Positions 19,108-28,574 of a stretch of 64,000 nt of DNA are shown here, one piece after another. Within the stretch, counting starts at the first letter, position 1, and each line of letters opens with the position of its first letter. The position numbers were made by a program, and so were the translations under genes. The stretch is from Phycisphaeraceae bacterium. GTDB taxonomy: Bacteria; Planctomycetota; Phycisphaerae; Phycisphaerales; Phycisphaeraceae. The notes beneath the pieces are model-generated. The model did no database searches and was not told the DNA's origin. It worked only from the letters and a program-made list of their open reading frames with translations. The DNA lies in assembly GCA_963674705.1 (NCBI GenBank), contig OY771506.1, forward strand, positions 1,408,001 through 1,472,000, in the 5' to 3' direction.

Positions 19108-21291
19108 ATGAACACTTTCTATACACGATCGGCTTGTGGTTTGGTTTTCTTACTCGTTGGGATGCTCGGCTTGCCTGTTTTGGGGCAGGACGAGGTGGAG
19201 GGGCCGGACACGTTGTTTTTGACGTGGTTCAAGGACCCGACGACTTCGATGGTGGTGCAGTATCTGGAAGAAGGCGATCCGATCCCGTTGGTTGAGGGGG
19301 CGAGCGATGAGGTGCCGGCGTTTGATGTGCCGCGCGTCAGTGGGATTGAGATCGATGGGCGGGCGGGCGACTGGGGGGGGCGTGGGTTTGATCCGGGGAT
19401 GATGCGTGATGAACGAGGCATGGTGTTCGCTACGGACGATGCGAGCGCGAAAGCGAGGATCGGCTGGGACGAGCGTGGTTTGTTATTGATGATTCGGGTG
19501 AAGGATGACTCGGCGCTTGAGTCGGATGATATCGAATCGCTGTGGGCGGGTGACTCGATCGAGTGTTTTATCGGCAAGGCAGTGGGTTCGGACCAGCGTT
19601 ACCAGGCGTTGATCGCGCCGGGTGCGGATACGAAGCAAGCGGCGACGCGTCAGTGGCAATACGACTATCGCAAGCAGCGCGTGAATGAGCTTGCGTATAA
19701 GGCGGCGAGCAGCATGACGGAAGATGGGTATGTGATAGAGGTACTGCTACCTTGGCGGAACCTTGGTGTTGATGAGGGTGGGCCTAAGGCTGGGGACACG
19801 TTCGGGTTTCAGTTTTACGTGAATGATCTGGATGTTGAACAAGACATGCAGACACTGGTTTGGTTCCGGGCCCACGATGCGCATGAGAATCCGGATTCGA
19901 TGTACAGCCTGAGGCTGGTGGGCGAGGGTGAACCGAGCGGCAAGCCGGTGCGTGCTTGGGCAAGGATCAACCGAATCATTGATAAAGGGTTTGGTACAGA
20001 GATGCCTGTAGCTTCCATGTATGTGATCGCGGATGACGCGTTGGCAGGCAAGACGCTTGTTGCGAAGTGCGGCGGTGAAGAGATCGGGCGGGCGATTGTA
20101 GGAAACCTCGGGGATTTGACGGGCGTTGATTTCTCTCTGAAGCAGCCGGCCGAAGGCGAGCGTTGGGGGACGATCACTGTTGAGATGGATGGTGAAGTGT
20201 TGGCATACGCGACGATCCCGGCGTGGATGAAGACTCGGAAGCCGGAGGCGCGCGTGGCGCAGCTATGGGGCGCGAATGGGGGCGATGTTGTTGATAAGAC
20301 GCGGGCGAAGGATGTGCCGGGCAGCGTCTGGACGTTTGATGAAGAGATGGGCCTGTATGTGCATCGTTTTGAGTTTGAAGGTTTGAAGCCGGCGGGTGAA
20401 TATCAGTTCACGATCGATGGTTTGCTGATGAACCCGTTGCGTTTCCGCACGGCGCCTGTTGAAGTGGATGGGCCTTTCGTGTTTGCCGAGGGCGGTGATG
20501 TGGGATGGGGGGCAAACGTTGCGCCGCTGCACAAGATCGCGGCGAGCTGGGAGCCTTGGTTTGGCTTCATCGGTGGCGACTGCGCGTATGCGAATGGTCG
20601 GACGCCGGAGAGTTGGGTGAAGTATCTGCGGCTCTGGCGTGAGAACATGGTGGATCCGCAAGGCCGGCTGATCCCGATGGTTTGTGCGATCGGCAACCAC
20701 GAGGTGGATGGTTCGTACGGGCAGCCGCGCAGCAGATCGCCTTACTTCCTGACGCTGTTTAGCGGGCTGTATCCGGAGGTGTCGTACGCGACGATGGACT
20801 TCGGGGACTACCTGTCATTTGTGTTATTGGATTCGGGGCATCTTGAATCACATGAGTCGCAGGTGGATTGGTTGAAGCAGGTGCTGGCGGCGCGGCAGGA
20901 TGTGCCGCATTTGTTTACGGCGTATCACGTGCCGGCGTATCCATCGCATCGTGATTTTGATGGCAAGTACAGCGAGCTGGCGCGGCGGTACTGGGTGCCG
21001 GTGTTTGAGGAATACGGCGTGGATGTTTCGTTCGAGCATCACGACCACACGTACAAGCGGACGCACGTGATGAAAGGCGGGAAGCCTGATGCGGACGGTG
21101 TGTTGTATATGGGCGATGGCGCGTGGGGCCAGAAGCCGCGCGAGGTGGCGACGCCGGAGGAAAGGCCTTATTTGGTCAAGAGCGCGTCGGCATCGCATGT
21201 GATCCGTGTGACGCTGGATGGGGATAAGCGAAGCTTCGTGGCAGTGGATGTGGATGGGAACGTGATCGATCGGTATCCGGAAGAAGATTAA
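19108..21291 (+). CDS. secreted purple-acid-phosphatase-like metallophosphoesterase with CBM9-like domain
   Basis: signal peptide; IEIDG..GDW..IGWDE.GL..V.DD (CBM9-like); GGDV, GGDCAY, IGNHE, YHVPAY, FEHHDH motifs. Confidence 0.85.
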   Translation: MNTFYTRSACGLVFLLVGMLGLPVLGQDEVEGPDTLFLTWFKDPTTSMVVQYLEEGDPIPLVEGASDEVPAFDVPRVSGIEIDGRAGDWGGRGFDPGMMRDERGMVFATDDASAKARIGWDERGLLLMIRVKDDSALESDDIESLWAGDSIECFIGKAVGSDQRYQALIAPGADTKQAATRQWQYDYRKQRVNELAYKAASSMTEDGYVIEVLLPWRNLGVDEGGPKAGDTFGFQFYVNDLDVEQDMQTLVWFRAHDAHENPDSMYSLRLVGEGEPSGKPVRAWARINRIIDKGFGTEMPVASMYVIADDALAGKTLVAKCGGEEIGRAIVGNLGDLTGVDFSLKQPAEGERWGTITVEMDGEVLAYATIPAWMKTRKPEARVAQLWGANGGDVVDKTRAKDVPGSVWTFDEEMGLYVHRFEFEGLKPAGEYQFTIDGLLMNPLRFRTAPVEVDGPFVFAEGGDVGWGANVAPLHKIAASWEPWFGFIGGDCAYANGRTPESWVKYLRLWRENMVDPQGRLIPMVCAIGNHEVDGSYGQPRSRSPYFLTLFSGLYPEVSYATMDFGDYLSFVLLDSGHLESHESQVDWLKQVLAARQDVPHLFTAYHVPAYPSHRDFDGKYSELARRYWVPVFEEYGVDVSFEHHDHTYKRTHVMKGGKPDADGVLYMGDGAWGQKPREVATPEERPYLVKSASASHVIRVTLDGDKRSFVAVDVDGNVIDRYPEED

Positions 21292-21361
21292 TCAACTGGG
21301 TGCAGATATTAAGCGAAGCGGAGGCGCGCGAGCCGGCGGCTCTCGGCTAATGGTCTAATTA

Positions 21362-21592
21362 TTAGTCGGGGATCTGGTCGGCGAATTTTTGTTTGAACTC
21401 GTCGAGGTTGGCGATGCCATCGGGCATGGCGGCTTCGTCGATGAGCAGGATGGGGATGCCATCGCGGATGGGGTATCGCAGGCCGCCGACCTGGCCGACG
21501 AGTTCATCGCCATTTTGTTCGAGTGGGGAGCGCGTCAGGGGGCAACGCATGATCTTGAGAACTTGCGGGTCGATGGAGTTGGTGTTGGACAT
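21362..21592 (-). CDS. Trm112/YcaR-family small protein
   Basis: CPLTRSPL...YPIRDGIPILLIDEA. Confidence 0.85.
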   Translation of the reverse strand: MSNTNSIDPQVLKIMRCPLTRSPLEQNGDELVGQVGGLRYPIRDGIPILLIDEAAMPDGIANLDEFKQKFADQIPD

Positions 21593-21690
21593 GGGGGGCA
21601 TGATAGCAATTCTGTTTTGCTTTAGCCGCGAATGAACGCAAATGGACGCGAATGAGGGGGAGGGGGAAGCAGAAAGGCAGAAAATAAAAT

Positions 21691-21805
21691 CCGATACCCG
21701 ATACCCGATACCCGATACCCGATACCCGATACCCGATACCCGATACCCGATACCCGATACCCGAAAACCACCCGGACCTTCGCAGCGCTCAGGACCGGCG
21801 TTGGG
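21691..21805. repeat. (CCGATAC)x10 array followed by a family-A repeat
   Basis: perfect heptamers 21691-21760, then CCCGGACCTTCGCAGCGCTCAGGACCGGCGTTGGG at 21771-21805. Confidence 0.95.
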
Positions 21806-21824
21806 GGGGGGAAGATGTGTGTGT

Positions 21825-23159
21825 TTAGTTGGAGTTGCTGATGCGTTGGATGTCGGCGCCGAGGGATTGGAGGGTGAGTTCCATGCGTTCGTATCCGCGG
21901 TCGAGGTGGTAGACGCGGTTGATGGTGGTGGTGCCTTTGGCGGCGAGTCCTGCGAGGACGAGGCCGGCGGAGGCGCGGAGGTCGGAGGCCATGACTGGTG
22001 CGCCGATGAGTTGTTTGACGCCGGTGACGACGACGCTTGGGCCGTTGCGTGTGAGGTTAGCGCCCATGCGCAGCAGTTCCGCGACGTGCAGGAAGCGGTC
22101 GGGGAAGATTTTTTCGGTAATCGAGCTGTTGCCGTCCGCCAGGCAGAGCAGGGACATGATCTGGGCTTGCAGGTCGGTGGGGAAGCCGGGGTGCGGTTGG
22201 GTGAAGACCTGCACGGGTTTCAGTCCGTTGGGCACGTTGATGGTTACTGCACCGCGGTGGCGGTCAAATGCCCCGGAAGTTTTGTCTGAATCCGCGACAG
22301 GCGCGACCTCGACGCCGATGGCATGCAGGCGGTCTAGCGCTGCGCCGAGGGCGTCGGTTGGGAAGTTTTCAAGCGTGATCTTGCTACGTGTGATTGCGGC
22401 GGCGAAGACGTACGTGCCTGCCTCGATTCGGTCGGGGATGATGCAGTGGTCGGTGCCGTTGAGTTCATCAATGCCGTCGATGATCAGCCGTGGTGAGCCC
22501 GCACCCTGGATCTTGGCGCCCATCTTGATGAGCATGTGGGCGAGGTCTTCGATTTCCGGTTCGCAGGCGGCGGACTCGATGATGGTCTGTCCCTTGGCGA
22601 GCGTGGCGGCACACATGACGTTGGCGGTGCCCAGGACGGTGGAGCCGGATGGTCCGCCGAGGAAGACGTGAGCGCCGATCAGTTTCTTGTCAGGTCCCGG
22701 TGCGACGGCGACGATATCGCCTGCATCGAGTGAGATTTCAGCGCCGAGGGCTTTGAGGCCGCGCAGGTGCAGGTCGACGGGGCGGTCGCCGATCGCGCAG
22801 CCGCCGGGCATGGAGACGCGGGCTTTACCACGTTTAGCGAGCACGGGCCCGAGCACGCAGATGCCTGCCCGCATGGTTTTGACGATCTCGTAAGGCGCCT
22901 CGGTCAGCGAAGGATCGGTCGCATGGAGCGTGAGGGTTCGGCTGACCGGTTCGTCGCCGACGTGTTCGACGGTGCAGCCGAGGGTCGCCAGCAGGCGTTT
23001 CATGTTGCGGATATCGGAGAGATCGGGCACGTCGTGCAGCGTCAGGGGCTGATCGGTGAGTAGTGCCGCGGCCATGAGAGGGAGGCTGGCGTTCTTCGAG
23101 CCGTGCACGCGGACCGTGCCTTTGAGTTCTCGCCCGCCGTTGATGATGAATGAATCCAT
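21825..23159 (-). CDS. murA: UDP-N-acetylglucosamine 1-carboxyvinyltransferase
   Basis: GSKNASLP, catalytic loop PGGCAIGDRPVDLH, PHPGFPTDLQ, DLRASA, HLDRGYE. Confidence 0.97.
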   Translation of the reverse strand: MDSFIINGGRELKGTVRVHGSKNASLPLMAAALLTDQPLTLHDVPDLSDIRNMKRLLATLGCTVEHVGDEPVSRTLTLHATDPSLTEAPYEIVKTMRAGICVLGPVLAKRGKARVSMPGGCAIGDRPVDLHLRGLKALGAEISLDAGDIVAVAPGPDKKLIGAHVFLGGPSGSTVLGTANVMCAATLAKGQTIIESAACEPEIEDLAHMLIKMGAKIQGAGSPRLIIDGIDELNGTDHCIIPDRIEAGTYVFAAAITRSKITLENFPTDALGAALDRLHAIGVEVAPVADSDKTSGAFDRHRGAVTINVPNGLKPVQVFTQPHPGFPTDLQAQIMSLLCLADGNSSITEKIFPDRFLHVAELLRMGANLTRNGPSVVVTGVKQLIGAPVMASDLRASAGLVLAGLAAKGTTTINRVYHLDRGYERMELTLQSLGADIQRISNSN

Positions 23160-23360
23160 GGATCGGGTATCGTGTTTCGGGTGTCGGGTATCGGCCTGTT
23201 TGCTGATGGTACAAGACAGGGCGTGTATGTCATGGTACAACGTGACCGATGTAGCTGTACACGTTGTATCGGTTGATTGACGTATTTGGCCTGACCTTTG
23301 AAGCTTGATCTCCGATACCCGATACCCGAACCCCGAACCCCGATACCCGAACTTACACCT

Positions 23361-23885
23361 ATGAACCTAGACGCCCTCATCCGTAACGTGCCGGACTGGC
23401 CCAAGCCCGGGATCCAATTTAAAGACATCACCCCGCTACTGCGTGACCCGGCCGGGCTGGCGATGGCGGTGGAGTTGATGGCCAGCCCCTGGCGGGGCAA
23501 AGGCGTGGACCTGGTCTGCGGCGCGGAGAGCCGGGGCTTCATCTTCGGAACGGCGATCGCGCAGGCGCTGTCCGCTGGTTTCGTGCCGATCCGCAAGCCC
23601 AACAAGCTGCCTGCCCAGACGCATTCGATCAGCTACGATCTGGAGTACGGCACGGACACGCTGGAGATCCACACCGATTCCGTCGTCGAGGGCCAGCGTG
23701 TATTAATGGTCGACGACCTGCTGGCGACCGGCGGGACGATGAAAGCCAGTTGCGACCTGGTCAAGAAGATGGGCGGCAACATCGTGGGCATTACGGTCCT
23801 GATCGAGCTTGGCTTTTTGCCCGGCCGCGAATTGGTCGGCGAACATGGATCGGTGCACGCGGTGCTGACCTATGATTCGGAATAA
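23361..23885 (+). CDS. apt: adenine phosphoribosyltransferase
   Basis: PDWPKPGIQFKDITPLL, ESRGF, LEYG, VDDLLATGGT. Confidence 0.97.
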   Translation: MNLDALIRNVPDWPKPGIQFKDITPLLRDPAGLAMAVELMASPWRGKGVDLVCGAESRGFIFGTAIAQALSAGFVPIRKPNKLPAQTHSISYDLEYGTDTLEIHTDSVVEGQRVLMVDDLLATGGTMKASCDLVKKMGGNIVGITVLIELGFLPGRELVGEHGSVHAVLTYDSE

Positions 23886-23955
23886 TGGGTTGGTCGCCTG
23901 CGGTGACCGTTAGATCGTTTAACAACTGAACACGCCCCGCGTGGGGTTTGCATAG

Positions 23956-24807
23956 GTGTCTGAAGAATCCAAGTCACATCCTGTCAACCGTGCGTATGCC
24001 GGCTACTGGGAACGCGCCCAGTGGCCGTTGCAGGGGCTGTACTTCTTGATGCCCCTGCTGGTGTTGTACGAGTTGGGCACGTGGTGGCAGGCACCGGCTG
24101 GCGGTGATCGATTGCCTCCGAACCTGGCGGAATCGCTGCTGGGTCTGGGCTTTGAACAGCTAGGCGTGACGGGTGTGTATCTGCCGGCGATCATCGTCGT
24201 TGTCGTGCTGTCCTGCATGCACCTGGTTCGGCGGGACCCGTGGAAGCCTGAGTTGAAGTTGCACGCGGTGATGTGGGTTGAAGCGTTTGCGTGGTCGTTG
24301 CCGTTATTCGTATTCATGCTGGTGCTGGTGCGTGAGTTTGCGGAGCAAACGGGCGGCGTCACCTCATCGGGCGGGGCATTACAGGTGCTGGCGAACGCGG
24401 CATCGAGCGATACTTCGCCGTTCACATGGCAGGACAAGCTGGTTTTCAGTGTCGGGGCGGGGATCTATGAAGAGTTGCTGTTCAGGCTGATCGGGATCGC
24501 GTTATTGCACATGCTGCTGGTGGACGTGCTCGCTTTACCGGAGAAGTATGGCGGGGCCGGTGCGGTGGTCATCACGACGGTGGCGTTTGCGCTGTATCAC
24601 TTTTTAAGATCGTCTTCCAGCTCGATGGTGGGCTTTTCGCTGGAAACATTGGACTGGGGCCGGTTCGCGTTTTACATGCTGGCCGGGTTTTACCTGGCGA
24701 CGATCTACCTGCTGCGCGGTTTCGGATTGGTGGTCGGCGCACACGCGCTGTTCGACGTGATGGTAGTCACACATAACGAATTGATCGCGCGGGCGGCAGC
24801 GGGATAA
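23956..24807 (+). CDS. CPBP (CAAX/Abi) intramembrane metalloprotease
   Basis: EELLFR, FALYH and HALFD motifs in a multi-TM protein. Confidence 0.9.
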   Translation: MSEESKSHPVNRAYAGYWERAQWPLQGLYFLMPLLVLYELGTWWQAPAGGDRLPPNLAESLLGLGFEQLGVTGVYLPAIIVVVVLSCMHLVRRDPWKPELKLHAVMWVEAFAWSLPLFVFMLVLVREFAEQTGGVTSSGGALQVLANAASSDTSPFTWQDKLVFSVGAGIYEELLFRLIGIALLHMLLVDVLALPEKYGGAGAVVITTVAFALYHFLRSSSSSMVGFSLETLDWGRFAFYMLAGFYLATIYLLRGFGLVVGAHALFDVMVVTHNELIARAAAG

Positions 24808-24815
24808 CGGTTTGA

Positions 24816-26270
24816 TTATTCCGGGATGACCAGCAGTTGTGAGGCGATGCCGGGGTGCACCAGGTCGGCGTACTGGCGGACGAGTTGGTTGATGGCGGGG
24901 CTGTTGTCGAAGCGGGTCAGGTCGCCTAGCAGTTCGAGTGATTTTTCGTAACCGAGTCTGTTGAACAACTCTTCGGCCGGGGCGCTGCTGTGGGTCATAT
25001 CGCTGAGCACGCAGAGCATGATGGCTTCAGTGGTTTTGAGCAGGCGGAAGCCGCGGTCGTGCTTGTACATCGTTTCGTAGCACTGTTGCGCGGTGGCGAA
25101 CCACTTCTGGCCGGTGAGATCACCGGTATACAGGCGTTGAAGGATGTGCGTCGCGGCGTTGTTGAGGCAGTAGCTGCGGACGCGGTTGGGGCTGGGTGTG
25201 CGGCGGTCTTGCGGTTGCAGGCGGACCCAGGCCATATCCGTTTGTGTGGCGCGGTCGTGGACTAACTGCCCCGCTGCTTCTGCGAGCTTAAGCATCTGAG
25301 CGACGAAGAACTCGGATTCGAGCATGGGCCGGCCGACCATCAGCAGGTTGAGTCGTGCCATCAGGCCTGCCAGGGAATCCGGGCCAACCAGGTCGGCGAC
25401 GACGTTGGCGCCGGCGACGACCAGTTGCATATCCGCTTCGCTTGAATCATCGTGGTCGCGCAGGGCTGCAAGCAGACGGTCGAGGTCTTCACGCAGGCCG
25501 GTGCCTTCGTGAGACTGATTGATTGCTCTGCGGATGTAGGCGAGGAAGCGTTCGCGGGTCGCGTCGAGGTCGACGTACTGCGGGATGCCTTCGCCGTAGC
25601 CGCATTCGATGAGCCGACCGGCGGAGGCACGCAGCGCCGCCAGCACATCATGTGCTACCGCACGACGCAGCACGTGACCGCCGGCGTCGCTGGAAGCCAG
25701 CAGTTCATCATGTTGCGTTTGCAGTTTGCAATAGAGCGCATCAAAGCGTTCGGCGAGCGTGTTGTTGCGTGGCGGGGTTGACTTGCTGTGACTTTGTGAA
25801 GCCGCGTCGCGCAGGTGCCGGACTGCGGTCTGGATGCGCTTTGGGCTGAAGTCGGTGCCTATCGCTCGGTTCACTTCTTCAGTCAGTGCGCTGTAGTTGA
25901 TCGCTGTGGTATCTGAGCCGGGGCGCAGGCAGCGGTCGAGCACACGGTCGAGGTTTTCGGGCGCGTCGGCGTCGTTGGATTGAGCGTGCTGTGTGATGGA
26001 AGCGAGCCAGGTAAGCAGCGCGCGGGCCGCATCCTGCACGTTGCTGCGTAGCGCGGTGACTTCGTTGTCGACCGTGGTGACGCGATGGTGCGGCGCGGCT
26101 CGGCGTGCTTGCTGCTGTTTGTAGACACGCAGCGCTTCGGGGCCCGACACGGTGGCTTCGAGCTGTGCGAAGTCTACGTAGAGCATCCGCGGGGCGTGAC
26201 TTTCTTCGTCACTGCCTTGCGGCTCTAAGTAGATCGGGTTGGCTCGTTGCGTGACGGGCATAGCGCTCAA
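24816..26270 (-). CDS. hypothetical all-helical protein with an HTH-like N-terminal segment
   Basis: 484-aa ORF; INYSALTEEVNRAIGTDFSPKRIQTAVRHLR resembles an HTH; no family recognised; start may be ATG 26261. Confidence 0.7.
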   Translation of the reverse strand: MSAMPVTQRANPIYLEPQGSDEESHAPRMLYVDFAQLEATVSGPEALRVYKQQQARRAAPHHRVTTVDNEVTALRSNVQDAARALLTWLASITQHAQSNDADAPENLDRVLDRCLRPGSDTTAINYSALTEEVNRAIGTDFSPKRIQTAVRHLRDAASQSHSKSTPPRNNTLAERFDALYCKLQTQHDELLASSDAGGHVLRRAVAHDVLAALRASAGRLIECGYGEGIPQYVDLDATRERFLAYIRRAINQSHEGTGLREDLDRLLAALRDHDDSSEADMQLVVAGANVVADLVGPDSLAGLMARLNLLMVGRPMLESEFFVAQMLKLAEAAGQLVHDRATQTDMAWVRLQPQDRRTPSPNRVRSYCLNNAATHILQRLYTGDLTGQKWFATAQQCYETMYKHDRGFRLLKTTEAIMLCVLSDMTHSSAPAEELFNRLGYEKSLELLGDLTRFDNSPAINQLVRQYADLVHPGIASQLLVIPE

Positions 26271-26284
26271 CGTGTGGTTAATGG

Positions 26285-26443
26285 TTAGCTGATGACTTGG
26301 ACGGCGTTGTTGGGTGTGCCGTTGCCGCCCTTGCCTTTGATCTTGTGGCAGCCGGACTCAGCGTTGGATGGGCTGGCCAGCCACAGTGAGACGGTGACGG
26401 CCGCCAGCACTGCCAGGATCCTGATGAATCGTTTGTTTCGCAT
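26285..26443 (-). CDS. small secreted peptide precursor, 52 aa (not in the ORF track)
   Basis: AGGAG RBS 7 nt before ATG; MRNKRFIRILAVLAAVTVSLWLASPSNA|ESGCHKIKGKGGNGTPNNAVQVIS*; GC-rich third codon positions. Confidence 0.8.
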   Translation of the reverse strand: MRNKRFIRILAVLAAVTVSLWLASPSNAESGCHKIKGKGGNGTPNNAVQVIS

Positions 26444-26820
26444 TGCGAGACTCCTTTGTGAGAATTCGTACCCTCACTAGTACAACGTACGAACCCGACG
26501 GTTTTGACGCATGTGACCTGGAAAGGTTCCCCGTGGGTTCATTTGTAATTCATTTTAATTCAATCGCTTAGAACAGGGAAGATTTTTTTTGCGATTCTGC
26601 GCACCACTTATGCGAGGCGGGGGCAGGGATAAAAGTTTTAGAAAATTTTTAAAACGTGTTTTATCAATGAATTGCATGTTTAGGCGGATCTCCTTTCGGT
26701 GCTAAATCCGCGTGTGCTGGGCTTGAAAGTGGAAAGGCGACATGAAACGGGACGCCTGGACGAGACCGGGCCGCAACGACACGGCCCACGTCATGGCCCT
26801 AAACCGGAAGGAGGCTCATC

Positions 26821-28086
26821 ATGACACGGTCCAACACGATCAAGACTGCGGCGTGGATCACGGCGGTGCTGGCGGTGGGTGCGCTGGTGTTGCCCGCCGA
26901 GGCCGCTTCTCGGCAGCCTGTGAAGAAGCAGCAAGCCCAGGTCAGCGCCCAGGTCGACCAGCAGTCGTTCGGACGTAATCCCAAGGCCCGTTCAGAGAAG
27001 CAGCGGGATAATCAGCGGGCTGGGAACAACCGCAACCCGCAGCGCGATAACAGCAAAGCCCGGGCCGAGCAGCAGCGCAAGCAGCAAGAGGCGAAGCAAC
27101 GACAGGAATCTGAACGCAAGGCACAGGCTCAACGTGAGGCGCAACAGCGTCAGCGTGCGGAGCGAGAGGCGCAACAGCGCCGCAAGGAACAGCGCGAAGC
27201 GCAGCAGCGTAAGGCGGCACAGCGAGATGCGCAGCAGCGCAAAGCCGCAGAACGTGAAGCAGAGCAACGCAAGGCGGCACAGCGTGAAGCACAGCAGCGT
27301 CAGCGTGCGGAGCGAGAAGCGCAGCAACGCAAGACCGAGCAGCGTCAAGCGCAGCAACAGCGTGAGACTCGTCAGAGAGCAGCGCAGGATGCGGCGGCGC
27401 AAAAAGCGGCTCAGCAGCGTGCGGCGGAAAAGCGTACGGCACAAAAGGCTGCCGCGACGCAGACCGTGACGGAGCGCGGCGCGAACTGGGGCGTGAACGC
27501 GCAGCAGAAGAAGCTGGCCGAACGTCAGGCCGTCGTCCGCAAGCAGGAGCAGCGTTTAGAGCAGCAGCGCATCGAACAGCGCCAGGACTTGCGTGAAGCC
27601 AAGCAGCGCTTCGCGAACAACGTGCAGGCGACCAAGCAGGTGCTGCGGCAGCGCGATGCACGGCTGGATGATAAGGCACGGGCGCTGCGTGTGGCAGCGA
27701 ACCACAACCGCGCCAAGTACCGAGCACCTTACGTGCACTACCGGGCGCCCAGGCCGAAGGTGTACTACACGCCCCGACCGCACTACGGCTACCGTCCCAG
27801 CCCCTGTGTCTACGATCGCGATTACGACTACTGCGACATCGGCGACTTCTTCAGCGTGCGTGTGATCTTCGGCACGGATTGCGGCTACCACTACGAGCAC
27901 GGCCACCGCAGGCACGACTGCTGCACGGGTGGGTACTACATCTGGAAGTGGTGCGAGCCGGTGCTGGAAACGCGATACGACTACTACGGCGAGCCTTACA
28001 CGGTGGTGATCGCCGACGGCTACTGGAAACGTGTGTGGACGCCCCACTACTGCCGGTATGGGATCCACTTCTACTACGCGGACTGA
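26821..28086 (+). CDS. secreted protein with Q/R/E/A-rich 10-aa repeats and a Tyr/Cys/His/Trp-rich C-terminus
   Basis: AGGAGG RBS, signal peptide ending AEA, 8 x [AE][QE]REAQQR[KQR]x, C-terminal GYYIWKW..GYWKRVW. Confidence 0.85.
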   Translation: MTRSNTIKTAAWITAVLAVGALVLPAEAASRQPVKKQQAQVSAQVDQQSFGRNPKARSEKQRDNQRAGNNRNPQRDNSKARAEQQRKQQEAKQRQESERKAQAQREAQQRQRAEREAQQRRKEQREAQQRKAAQRDAQQRKAAEREAEQRKAAQREAQQRQRAEREAQQRKTEQRQAQQQRETRQRAAQDAAAQKAAQQRAAEKRTAQKAAATQTVTERGANWGVNAQQKKLAERQAVVRKQEQRLEQQRIEQRQDLREAKQRFANNVQATKQVLRQRDARLDDKARALRVAANHNRAKYRAPYVHYRAPRPKVYYTPRPHYGYRPSPCVYDRDYDYCDIGDFFSVRVIFGTDCGYHYEHGHRRHDCCTGGYYIWKWCEPVLETRYDYYGEPYTVVIADGYWKRVWTPHYCRYGIHFYYAD

Positions 28087-28574
28087 TATGAAGCCTGACC
28101 GGGGTGCATGGCAAGGCCCGTACCTTCTCGCGATGGTACGAGCCTTTTTGGGTTGCACGGTGTTTTGGAACAAGAACAGTTAGCCACGGATGGACACAGA
28201 TGAACACGGATTAAGCGGGGAGGGGTTTTGTGTGGTTTGGATGGGGGGGAGTGTTCGGGATGAGTGAAGGTGATGGGGAAAGGCAGGAGGCGTAGAAAAC
28301 GCAGAAAATAAAATCTCGATGCCCGATGTCTTAAGATACCCGTGAAGAGACCCGCGGAAAGCTGCTGCGCAGCTATCGCGCGGCTTTTTTTTGGGGGGTA
28401 AGCCATTAGCACAAATCCTAAATCATCAATCCTAAATCCTAAATACGATTCCCCACACCCTACACCCTACACCCTACACCCTACACCCTTCTCCATTCGT
28501 GCATTCGTCAATCGTACATTACCATCTGCCAGCCTTGATGGATCTGTTTGTAGATACTTGGAAGCAGGTGGTTT

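Noticed and set aside
21642..22289. ORF with DTRYPIP repeats
   Set aside because: Antisense to murA and derived from the CCGATAC array.
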